Part shown: positions 35,721 through 44,446 of the stretch, one piece after another
How positions within the stretch are numbered: the stretch's first letter is position 1
How the letters are laid out: each line of letters starts with the position of its first letter
Assembly: GCA_019347715.1 (NCBI GenBank)
Contig: JAHWKU010000009.1
Coordinates: 80-64,079, forward strand
Reading direction: 5' to 3'
Origin: Actinomycetota bacterium
Lineage (GTDB): Bacteria > Actinomycetota > CADDZG01 > JAHWKV01
DNA length: 64,000 nucleotides
Notes under the pieces: model-generated
The model's input: only the letters and a program-made list of their open reading frames with translations
Told to the model about the DNA's origin: nothing
The model's database searches: none
Program-made: the position numbers and the translations under genes

Positions 35721-36434
35721 ATGCCCAAGATCAACGTTTACCTGCCCGACGAGCTCGCGGATGCGGTTCGGGATGCCCAGGTTCCAGTTTCCGCGATCTG
35801 CCAGGCTGCGCTGGAACGAGCGGTGAGGGATGTGGCAGCCCTTCGTGCATCAGATTCAGCCCCATCCGAGCAATCCGCCCGGGGTCCGTTTGAAAGATTC
35901 ACTCCCCGGGCTCATCAGGCGATCGCTCTTGCCGAGAAGGCAGCGCGTGAGCAACCCAATTCGCAAGTTGATACCGAGCATCTATTGCTCGGCATCCTTG
36001 ACGAGGGAGGGAACCTCGGATTGCGGCTACTCACATCCTTGGAGATCGAGGTTGAAGACCTAAGAACCGAACTCCGGGCGTCGATGACCGCTTCAGGCAA
36101 GGTAAAGGCAGACAAGAAACGACTCGCGTTCAGCCCCCTGGCTAAGAAGGCTTTGGAACAAACCACCTTAGAGGCACTGCAACTTGGCCATAACTACGTA
36201 GGTTGCGAGCACCTTCTACTCGGGCTCGTCGCTACAGAGGAAGGCTTGGCCAGCCAGGTGTTGCGTCGGATGGGAGTCGAACTTCGAACCACAAGACAAG
36301 CAGTGATGACGGCTCTCTCTGGATTCATTCATGCTATGGCCAATCCTCCAAAACCGAAGTCGCCAACTTCGGACCAAGCGATAGTGGAGGAGATACTGAG
36401 GCGGCTCGAGTCTATAGAGCAAAAACTTGCCTGA
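35721..36434 (+). CDS. Ribbon-helix-helix-like N-terminus fused to a Clp N-terminal repeat domain (no ATPase)
   Basis: MPKINVYLPDELADAVRDAQVPVSAICQAALERAV, then two Clp_N repeats (TEHLLLGILDEGGNLGLRLL and CEHLLLGLVATEEGLASQVL). Confidence 0.8.
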   Translation: MPKINVYLPDELADAVRDAQVPVSAICQAALERAVRDVAALRASDSAPSEQSARGPFERFTPRAHQAIALAEKAAREQPNSQVDTEHLLLGILDEGGNLGLRLLTSLEIEVEDLRTELRASMTASGKVKADKKRLAFSPLAKKALEQTTLEALQLGHNYVGCEHLLLGLVATEEGLASQVLRRMGVELRTTRQAVMTALSGFIHAMANPPKPKSPTSDQAIVEEILRRLESIEQKLA

Positions 36435-36605
36435 TCTGAGGAAGCTTGCGGCATCAGTACACAATCAGGACACAAGACGCCGAAAAACAACGCGAAAGCT
36501 CGACGAAACGCGATCAACCTGAGTGCAGCCAAAGACGTTGTTGACCTGCAGGTTTGCGTGTTTTCGCGTTAGCGCGGGTAACTCCGCGCAACAACTTAGC
36601 TGGCC

Positions 36606-36674
<69 letters not shown>

Positions 36675-36932
36675 GCAGCATGAGTGTGAATGGGCGAATT
36701 TCTTCACGCGATTGGACACTGCCGTCCCGTTATCTTCTTCGGATCCTTTTTCCAGGATCAAGCGAGAAGATCGATCTGGCAGTCATAGACGGGAAGAGAG
36801 CTGCTGTTTACCACTCTGACAATGCACTCTCCTCATGTAGCCTGGACGGTGGGTAGACACTCCTTCCCCTAAGGTCGCCTACGGGGAGTCCGTCTGCTCA
36901 AGTACGAGTTAGGCAGACCAAGGGGCTGATGC

Positions 36933-37838
36933 ATGACGACTGCGCTTCGAATTCCGGATCGGTTGGCGCACACCGTCGTCTCGGCGTTCGGCGATGTCGG
37001 ACGCAACTGGCTGGCGCGACTCCCGAGTCTGGTCGCTGACGCGGCGTGTGCTTGGCAGCTGCATGTGGGCGCCCCGTTCGAGCCGGGCGGCAACGTCGGG
37101 TGGGTTGCTCCCGTACGTCGAGCGGACGGCAGCGACGCGGTGTTGAAGGTGGAGTGTCCGGGTCATCGCAATCCCTGGGCGGCAAAGGGCCTGCAACACT
37201 GGGCTGGTCGCGGAGCGGCGCGACTTTTCGACTCCGACGAGGCGAGTCAGGTCTTGCTGCTCGAGCGGTGCGTGCCCGGCACGAACGGTGATGACCTCGA
37301 CGTCGCGACCGCGAACGAAATCGTTGCGTCAGTACTCGCTGAGTTACACGCAGTCGAACCTCCTGCAGAGGACGGGTTCGAGCCACTCGCGATGTTGGTG
37401 GAGAGTTTCCGCGAGACGATGTGGGACTGGTTCGATCGGTTTGAGCGGCCGGTGGATCGAGGCGTCGTCGCGCAGGCGGACGAGCTGTTCACGTCCCTGA
37501 CCTCATCTTCTACGGACACGGTGTTGCTACACGGCGATCTTGGGCCGGGGAACGTGGTGCTTTCGGAGCGTGGATGGTTGGCGATCGATCCGTATCCAGT
37601 GCTGGGTGATCGCGCGTTTGACGTGGGGCACTCTCTGTCGCGTTGTGACCTGCGTGACGCTCGGGAGCAGGTCGCCTTTTTTGCCGATCGTCTGGATCTT
37701 GATGAGCGACGCATCGCGGGCTGGACGTTCGCGTGCTGTGTGGAGGTCGCGCTGGAGTGCAGGTCGGTCGGAGACGCGATGGGGTTCCGCGAATACCTCG
37801 ACCGTACGGAACAGCTCTCATCGCAGCGCCTGGTGTAG
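36933..37838 (+). CDS. APH(6)-like aminoglycoside/hydroxyurea-resistance-type kinase
   Basis: LLHGDLGPGNVVLSERGWLAIDPYPVLGDRAFDVGH, with an N-terminus typical of the streptomycin 6-kinase family. By eye it is visibly more GC-rich than its neighbours. Confidence 0.8.
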   Translation: MTTALRIPDRLAHTVVSAFGDVGRNWLARLPSLVADAACAWQLHVGAPFEPGGNVGWVAPVRRADGSDAVLKVECPGHRNPWAAKGLQHWAGRGAARLFDSDEASQVLLLERCVPGTNGDDLDVATANEIVASVLAELHAVEPPAEDGFEPLAMLVESFRETMWDWFDRFERPVDRGVVAQADELFTSLTSSSTDTVLLHGDLGPGNVVLSERGWLAIDPYPVLGDRAFDVGHSLSRCDLRDAREQVAFFADRLDLDERRIAGWTFACCVEVALECRSVGDAMGFREYLDRTEQLSSQRLV

Positions 37839-37852
37839 CAAAGCTCAGGGAT

Positions 37853-38551
37853 CTAGAAAGTGTGGCGTCTCGCTCGGGTAGATGGCGGACCACTATAGGC
37901 GGTGACAACGCCGCGATTCCCGGCTGCGCCTGGGGGGATGTGCTCTCTTGTCAGCGGTCCTTCTTGACCGCATAGAAGGCAACGCCCTGCCATCGGACCG
38001 CGAGGCAGTAAGCCTCGACCCCCTTGTGCAAGCTCGGGAGGGGCCGCCTCGAGAGCGGCGGTTGGAATCTGGATCTCACCATCTGTCGGATTAACTAGAA
38101 CTCGCCAACTCACAGGATCATGATGCCATTTGGTGCCGACTGGTGAGCTGTTGAACCCTCGACATTAAGTCGTCGAGGAGGCTAGCCCCGCTGTAGCACC
38201 GCATCGCGCGCGAGATTGGCGCGAGACCCGCGCGAGATCGCGTGTCCCTGAAGGAGGGGCATACAGCGTTATTCCCTAATTGGGACCCAGGGCTCGGACG
38301 ATTGCCGTCTCGACAGATCCGAATCTCCTCCAGACCGTTGAAGGGTCAGGCAGTTCACTCTTTCTCCGAAAGTCTGAGTAAACGGGAGGTCTCCCGGTCT
38401 CACGGTTGAACTCACTGATGGCCTCCAGGACCCGATCCTCACTCCACGCCCTATTGCTAGCACTGCGTCGAAGGGTTTCGATCGATTTCTCTCGATAAGT
38501 ATCGTTTCGTTGATGCCGGTTCCTCAGGACCTCAGAGCATTTGGCAGCCAC
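37853..38551 (-). pseudogene. Decayed HNH homing-endonuclease gene (N-terminal homing-endonuclease-associated repeat + broken HNH start)
   Basis: ORF 38276..38551 reads WSEDRVLEAISEFNRETGRPPVYSDFRRKSELPDPSTVWRRFGSVETAIVRALG (the repeat). ORF 37853..38113 contains CLLCGQEGPLTREHIPPGAAGN and then terminates. The two pieces are separated by stops. Confidence 0.5.
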
Positions 38552-38608
38552 GTCCGGATCGGTTGAAACGGCTCGTCCTGGAGACTTTGACCAGGTCAGG
38601 GCCCATAT

Positions 38609-38670
38609 CCAATTGGTTCGCGTTATGGTGGGTTAACTCCACTGAAGCGGTCATAACGCGACTAATGGCA
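38609..38670 (+). repeat. Third, degenerate att-like copy arranged as an inverted repeat
   Basis: 38637..38670 (ctccactgaagcggtcataacgcgactaatggca) matches the distal part of the 69-mer plus 3 nt of the copy-2 flank, with 2 mismatches and 1 indel. 38609..38627 (ccaattggttcgcgttatg) is its reverse complement. Confidence 0.6.
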
Positions 38671-38735
38671 AGCGCTTCCCCATCCGTCAATACACTCGTA
38701 GGCTCTTAAGGCATAGAAAGTGAGAAGGTCTCGGA

Positions 38736-39554
38736 ATGGAGCGGCAAGAACTCGACTCCTTCTACGACCAGACGCGTCTTAGGAGTGAGGCATACGCAGA
38801 CTCCAAAAACCTCGTGGCTCGTGCCGACATCTACCGCTTCGCGGTGCCAGACATCGCATTTCCTAGCTGGGCTTTATCTCACCTCTCCAACAATCTCGGC
38901 GTCAGCCTGGACGTTGGGTGCGGCCCCGGCTTCTATCTCCGAAAGATCTACGAGGCTGGCAGTTCTAACCAGTTATTCGGAGTAGATCTATCGGACGGAA
39001 TGTTGAGAGAGGTTCAAAGTAGGATCGCCTCGCTTTGCGTGGCGGATGCTCAGAGTTTGCCTTTTGGAGACAAGAGTTTCGATACCGTTCTTTGCATGCA
39101 CGTCCTCTACCACGTTCCCGACATCGCTCTCGCGGTGGCCGAGTTCCGCCGGGTATTGAAGCCTGACGGATATCTCCTGGTAGCCACCAACGGGCCCCGA
39201 CACCAGCAACGACTTCGAGAAGTCCTTAATGAGGCCGTCCCTGATACGACAGCCACATCTCCTGCGAAGGTGTGGCCGGAACACCGATTTGATTTGGACA
39301 AGGGACAGGGGATCCTCGGAACTCATTTCCATTCTGTCGAGCGGTTCGATTTAGCTCGAGAACTGATTGTTCCCGAAGCTGAACCGGTCGTGAGATACCT
39401 TGCGAGTACCCGCTCTCTGGGTGAGGAGAGGCTGCCCGAAGGCGTGACTTGGGACGAGGTCCAACAGACTTTCAGAGGAATTGTCGAGCGGGAGATCGAA
39501 GAGAAAGGCGCCTTTCGGACCCCGATCCATGCGGGCGTCTTCGTATGCAAATGA
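38736..39554 (+). CDS. Class I SAM-dependent methyltransferase (paralog of 32731..33549)
   Basis: LDVGCGPGFYL, QSLPF, LYHVPDI, LVATNG; 272 aa. Confidence 0.85.
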   Translation: MERQELDSFYDQTRLRSEAYADSKNLVARADIYRFAVPDIAFPSWALSHLSNNLGVSLDVGCGPGFYLRKIYEAGSSNQLFGVDLSDGMLREVQSRIASLCVADAQSLPFGDKSFDTVLCMHVLYHVPDIALAVAEFRRVLKPDGYLLVATNGPRHQQRLREVLNEAVPDTTATSPAKVWPEHRFDLDKGQGILGTHFHSVERFDLARELIVPEAEPVVRYLASTRSLGEERLPEGVTWDEVQQTFRGIVEREIEEKGAFRTPIHAGVFVCK

Positions 39555-39643
39555 TCCAACCCGACCAGGTCCAAGTAGGGTCGCGGAGTCAGATCGCTGC
39601 GTCATCGGCAGGACGCAGGCAGAACGGTATATAAAAAGCGGCC

Positions 39644-42600
39644 ATGACTTTCGATCCCGCTAAGTTCGAGGAACTAAAGTGGCGAAACATCGGCCCCCCA
39701 AGGGGCGGAAGAGTCGTCGCCGTGGCGGGACATCCGGTCGACCCCATGGCCTTTTACTTCGGGGCCTGCGCCGGCGGCGTATGGAAGACCACCGACGGCG
39801 GAGCTTATTGGGAGAACGTCTCGGATGGTTTCTTCACCTCCGCGTCGGTGGGGGCCATCGCAGTCTCGCAATCGGATCCTAATGTGATCTACGTCGGTAC
39901 GGGCGAGTCTTGCGTGCGCAATGACGTTTCTCCCGGCGACGGTGTCTACAGATCGACTGATGGGGGAGCGACCTGGCACCACCTCGGCCTGAAGAAAACC
40001 CGGCATATCTCGAGGGTGCGCATCGATCCTTCTGATTCCAATCGGGTCTATGTTGGCGCTTTGGGGGATATCTTCGGCCCAAGCAAGGAGCGAGGCGTTT
40101 ACCGTTCGACCGATGGCGGAGCGACTTGGAACCAGATCCTTTTTCGGAGCGAAAATGCCGGAACGGCGGATCTCTGGCTCGATCCCTCCAACCCCCGCAT
40201 CCTTTATGCGGCTGTATGGCAGGCACGCCGCACCCCATGGTCGATGGAAAGCGGAGGTCCGGACTCGAGCCTGTATAGATCCCTCGACGGTGGCGACACC
40301 TGGGATGACATCACTGAACGGGATGGCTTGCCGAAGGTCGTCAAAGGAAGGATGGGGATTGCCGCCTCACCGGCTCGACCGGGCAGAGTCTGGGCGTTGA
40401 TCGAAGCCGACAAGGATAAAGGCGGCCTCTATCGCAGTGAGGATTACGGGGAGACGTGGGAGCGAATCTCCGAGGAGCGGGGAATCCAGGGACGGCCCTG
40501 GTACTACAGTCACATAGTCCCTGACCCTCAGGACCCGGAGAAGATCTATTCGCTCAACTTCCAGTTCTGGCGCTCGACGGATGGAGGCGGGACGTTCCAG
40601 GAGATCCCGACGCCTCACGGGGACAACCACGATCTTTGGATCGATCCCAATAACCCGCTGCGAATGATCGAGGGAAACGATGGCGGCGCATGTGTTTCCT
40701 TCAATGGGGGAGAGTCATTTTCTTCGATCTATAACCAGCCGACCGCGCAGTTCTACCACGTAGCGGTCGACGCGCGATTTCCATATCGGGTTTACGGAAC
40801 TCAGCAGGACAACTCGGCGATAAGCGTCCCGAGCCGGACACGAACCAGCGCGATTCCGTTCTCTGAGGCTTACTCCGTCGGTCACTCGGAAAGCGGTCAT
40901 ATCGCGGTCGACCCCAAGGACTCCGACGTCGTCTTCTCGGGCGCGGTCGGCAGCTCACCGGGTGGAGGGGGGCCGCTTTTGCGTTACGACCACAAGACCC
41001 AGCAGATCCGAAACGTCGCGGTCTGGCCCGAGTACACCTGGGGCGAGAACCCGGGGGATCTCGAGCACCGGTTCAACTGGACCTATCCGATCGTGTTCTC
41101 TCCGCATGACCCCTCCCTTTTATATGTGACGGGCGAGGCCGTCTTCCGGTCCAAAGATCACGGATCGAGCTGGGAGCAAATCAGCCCCGACCTGACGCGA
41201 AACGACAAGTCGAAACTCAAGGCATCCGGCGGACCGATCACCAAGGACACTTCGGGAGCCGAGCACTACTGTACGATCTTCGCGTTCGCGGAATCTCCTG
41301 TTAAAGAGGGCCTGTTCTGGGCCGGCACCGATGATGGACTTGTTCATGTGTCACGAAACGGGGGCCGCAAGTGGGAGGAAGTGACGCCCAAGAAGCTGGG
41401 AGATTGGGCGCTGGTCACTAACGTCGAACCGTCACCGTTCTCCGCCGGGACAGCCTATGTATCTGCCACGAGATACAAAATGCAGGACAGAAAGCCCTAT
41501 CTGTTTCGGACAAGGGATCACGGCAAGAACTGGGAACTGATTACAACCGGAATGCCTGCCGACGACTTCACGCGGGTGATACGGGCCGATCCGGCCCGCA
41601 AAGGGCTTCTTTATTCAGGGACCGAGAGCGGGGTCTACGTTAGCTTCGACGATGGTGGTTCTTGGACGCCCCTTTCACTCAACCTGCCGGCAGTCCCGGT
41701 TTACGATCTCGTGATCAAAGAGGACGACCTCGTTGTCGCCACCCACGGCCGCTCGTTTTGGATTCTCGACGACATCAGTGTGCTCAGAGAGTTTGATAAC
41801 AGGATCGCTCGCAAGAAGCTGCACTTATTTACTCCGCCGGTCACCGAAAGATTCTGGCGATACTTCGGACAGTTTCCGGTGACGCCATCGCGCAAGAAGC
41901 ACTATGGGCTCTACGCCAGCGGGGCCGCTTTCTACGCCAAGAAGAAGCCGGATGGAAGAGTCAAACAGGTTTATCTCGACGCCGGTGAGAACCCGCCCGA
42001 CGGCGTTCCCATCTCATATATCTTGAAAGAGGAAGCAAAGCCCGAAGAGATCTCACTTACCATCCTCGACGCGAAGGGTAACGAAATCATCACCTTCTCT
42101 CCGGAGGAAAAACGAGACGAAGAAGATAAGAAGCCAGACCCACCCGGAACCGACGCCAAGGGCGAGAAGGCTGATCTCGAAGATGAAGAAGAAGACACCG
42201 AGTTCCGCGAGGGCGAAGGTGAGGAGGCGCCCGAGATAGAGAGTTTCGAGCCCCCGGCGGAGCTGCCCAAAAAACGAGACTGGGAGATCTTGCCGAACCG
42301 GCCCGGGTTCAATCGCTTCTATTGGAATATGCGTTATCCGGGTGCCAGGTCCGCCCCCGACGACAAGGGCCACGTCACTGTCGGACTCGGCCCGATTGCT
42401 CCGCCTGGCGAATATCAGGCGAGATTGAAATGGGGCAAGCAGGAGGAGACGGCCCGTTTTGAGATCATCAAGGACCCTCGCGTCAATACAACGAAACGCG
42501 ACTTCGAAGGGCAGTTCCGCCACCTGACCGCGGTGCTGCAGAAAGTCAGTGATGTCAACGACGCGATAGGGCGGTTGAAAAAGATTCAAAAGCAGGTTGA

Positions 42601-42973
42601 GCCTTGGACGAAGAGGCCGGGAGCGGACGAAGACCTTTCGAAGTTGGCGAAGGAGATCGTGGCCGGCCTTAAGAAGATCGAGGCCCGACTGACTCAACCT
42701 AGACACAAGCACGACGTGGATCGCCTGAAGCTGCCGGCAGGTCTCGACACCAAGCTTGCCGATGTGGCATTCCCAGTGGCGAGTTCAGATTCGGCCCCTA
42801 GCCGTCAAGCCGTCCAAGTTTTTGAGAAGCTCGCGGGTCTCGCCGATGCAGCCCTTGCCGACTTCGAGAAATTGATTGACAACGAGCTGGCGGAACTGAA
42901 CCGAATGATCAAGGACTCGCAAGTCGCAGCTATCGACGTCTCGCCGCTGGAATCACCTGCCGCAAGCAGATAA
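39644..42973 (+). CDS. Large BNR/Asp-box, sortilin/VPS10-like double beta-propeller protein
   Basis: 1109 aa with many SxDxGxTW boxes (STDGGATW twice, SLDGGDTW, SEDYGETW, STDGGGTF, SKDHGSSW, TRDHGKNW, SFDDGGSW), plus an acidic linker and a helical C-terminus. Confidence 0.85.
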   Translation: MTFDPAKFEELKWRNIGPPRGGRVVAVAGHPVDPMAFYFGACAGGVWKTTDGGAYWENVSDGFFTSASVGAIAVSQSDPNVIYVGTGESCVRNDVSPGDGVYRSTDGGATWHHLGLKKTRHISRVRIDPSDSNRVYVGALGDIFGPSKERGVYRSTDGGATWNQILFRSENAGTADLWLDPSNPRILYAAVWQARRTPWSMESGGPDSSLYRSLDGGDTWDDITERDGLPKVVKGRMGIAASPARPGRVWALIEADKDKGGLYRSEDYGETWERISEERGIQGRPWYYSHIVPDPQDPEKIYSLNFQFWRSTDGGGTFQEIPTPHGDNHDLWIDPNNPLRMIEGNDGGACVSFNGGESFSSIYNQPTAQFYHVAVDARFPYRVYGTQQDNSAISVPSRTRTSAIPFSEAYSVGHSESGHIAVDPKDSDVVFSGAVGSSPGGGGPLLRYDHKTQQIRNVAVWPEYTWGENPGDLEHRFNWTYPIVFSPHDPSLLYVTGEAVFRSKDHGSSWEQISPDLTRNDKSKLKASGGPITKDTSGAEHYCTIFAFAESPVKEGLFWAGTDDGLVHVSRNGGRKWEEVTPKKLGDWALVTNVEPSPFSAGTAYVSATRYKMQDRKPYLFRTRDHGKNWELITTGMPADDFTRVIRADPARKGLLYSGTESGVYVSFDDGGSWTPLSLNLPAVPVYDLVIKEDDLVVATHGRSFWILDDISVLREFDNRIARKKLHLFTPPVTERFWRYFGQFPVTPSRKKHYGLYASGAAFYAKKKPDGRVKQVYLDAGENPPDGVPISYILKEEAKPEEISLTILDAKGNEIITFSPEEKRDEEDKKPDPPGTDAKGEKADLEDEEEDTEFREGEGEEAPEIESFEPPAELPKKRDWEILPNRPGFNRFYWNMRYPGARSAPDDKGHVTVGLGPIAPPGEYQARLKWGKQEETARFEIIKDPRVNTTKRDFEGQFRHLTAVLQKVSDVNDAIGRLKKIQKQVEPWTKRPGADEDLSKLAKEIVAGLKKIEARLTQPRHKHDVDRLKLPAGLDTKLADVAFPVASSDSAPSRQAVQVFEKLAGLADAALADFEKLIDNELAELNRMIKDSQVAAIDVSPLESPAASR

Positions 42974-42977
42974 TCCT

Positions 42978-43685
42978 TTGCTCGACGAGTTTGCGATACC
43001 GGGTTTTGTAGCGGTTGTTTGTCTTGTCTCGTTCACCGTTTCTGCATCGGCGGGCTTAGGTGGTTCTCTTATCCTCGTTCCGGCCTTGGGGTTGGCGCTT
43101 GGGCCCAGGGCGGGCGTGGCCACGGCGGCGCTTCTTTTGGCAATGAACAACGTTGCAAAACTCATTGCGTATCGAAAGACAGTTTCGTTTCGCGCCACCG
43201 CGGTTGTTCTCCCGTTGACGATGATCGGTGCCGCTGTCGGAGCGAAACTATTGGTGGAAGCTCCGGAAACTGCCGTTGCGTTCGCCGTAATCGTCTCTTT
43301 GGTTTCGGCTCTTGTGTTTGAATTCGTCACCACTCCAAGATTCCGTCAAGGATTCGGCCCACTATTGGCACTCGGATCCGGGGCACTGAGCGGATTCTCC
43401 GGGACCTCTGGTCCGCTGAAGGGGGCCGCATTACGAACACTGAACCTCGACCGGCTCCACTTTGTTGGGGCGGCGGCCCTGGTTTCGTTCGTCAACGACG
43501 CAGTGAAGTCCGCAGTGTACTGGCGTTCCTCACTGGTTCAGTTCGAATGGATCGCAATGGCGCTGCCGTTGATGGCTTTGGGAACTTACCTAGGACGCCA
43601 CTTCAATTTTAGGATCGGGGAGAGAGCATTCGCTTTTTTGTTCTGGGCAGTAATGGCGGGATACGTCGTCCGCTTGGCGGTTTAA
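42978..43685 (+). CDS. TauE/SafE family sulfite/anion exporter
   Basis: 235 aa, polytopic, with SASAGLGGSLILVPAL and a second GFSGTSGPLKG half-repeat. Confidence 0.8.
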   Translation: MLDEFAIPGFVAVVCLVSFTVSASAGLGGSLILVPALGLALGPRAGVATAALLLAMNNVAKLIAYRKTVSFRATAVVLPLTMIGAAVGAKLLVEAPETAVAFAVIVSLVSALVFEFVTTPRFRQGFGPLLALGSGALSGFSGTSGPLKGAALRTLNLDRLHFVGAAALVSFVNDAVKSAVYWRSSLVQFEWIAMALPLMALGTYLGRHFNFRIGERAFAFLFWAVMAGYVVRLAV

Positions 43686-43743
43686 GGTCCCCCGTTGGCT
43701 AAGAAGGGCCCAAGCTCGCCGGGGTCCCAAGTGTGTGGCAGGT

Positions 43744-44397
43744 TCAGCTTGAGGCTGGATCGAAAAGCGCTTTTGCGATCACGTAGGCCGTCCATTCGAA
43801 AACCGCATCTGGAAGATGATCTCGACCAAGTAGCCGTCGCTGCATCAAACCTTGAAGTGCGGCGATGATGGCGACCGCGCCCTGCTCCGAAGTTGGACGC
43901 GGTGGAGGACTTTCGGGTAAGCGGCTTGCCGTTTGTTCCAATAGGTCGGCTACAGCTTTGTCGGAGTCAGAGACCATCGTCGCAAAGGTCTCGAGAACGC
44001 GCGGTTCCCGAAGCGCGAGCGAGAAGAACTCCAACTGTAACTGTAGGAGCCGCCGGCTCTTGGCATCGTCGGAGTAGTGGGCAGCGCTTCTCGCCAGCTC
44101 AACTATGGAAGAAATGGCGGCCGAGCCCTCAGAACTATCGCCCGTTAGCGAGCTTCCGCTCAGACGGGGAGTGAACTCCTCGACAACGGCAAAGAGCAGC
44201 TCTTCTTTGCCTTTGAAACTCGAGTAGATGGCTCCAGTTGTAACGCCGGCCTCACGCGCGATCTCCATCAGCGATGCAGCTTGGAGTCCGTCGCGCGCTA
44301 TCACCTCAGCGGCAGCGTGCAACAACCGTTGTCGGGTCCCTGACTTGCCCGGTTCCCTAGCCACCTCGTTGCCTGTCGATTCGCCTCGTTCAACCAT
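43744..44397 (-). CDS. TetR/AcrR family transcriptional regulator
   Basis: The HTH region is RQRLLHAAAEVIARDGLQAASLMEIAREAGVTTGAIYSSFKGKEELL. Confidence 0.9.
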   Translation of the reverse strand: MVERGESTGNEVAREPGKSGTRQRLLHAAAEVIARDGLQAASLMEIAREAGVTTGAIYSSFKGKEELLFAVVEEFTPRLSGSSLTGDSSEGSAAISSIVELARSAAHYSDDAKSRRLLQLQLEFFSLALREPRVLETFATMVSDSDKAVADLLEQTASRLPESPPPRPTSEQGAVAIIAALQGLMQRRLLGRDHLPDAVFEWTAYVIAKALFDPASS

Positions 44398-44423
44398 ATA
44401 TGATAATAATCATTATCATATAT
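44396..44423. promoter_or_regulatory. Perfect 12-4-12 palindrome ATATATGATAAT-aatc-ATTATCATATAT, probable TetR operator
   Basis: Seen directly. It is an AT-only island in a GC-rich genome. It overlaps the TetR start codon and lies 24 nt upstream of the divergent serine-hydrolase ATG. Confidence 0.5.
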
Positions 44424-44446
44424 CGGCAAGGTACTGGAGGATCTTC

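Larger units (their letters stand above)
26942..36605. mobile_element. Putative integrase-less genomic island inserted at the 3' end of tRNA-Ala
   Basis: It is bounded by the perfect 69-bp direct repeat. Cargo is accessory modifying enzymes plus at least two gene relics. No recombinase is recognisable. Confidence 0.6.
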
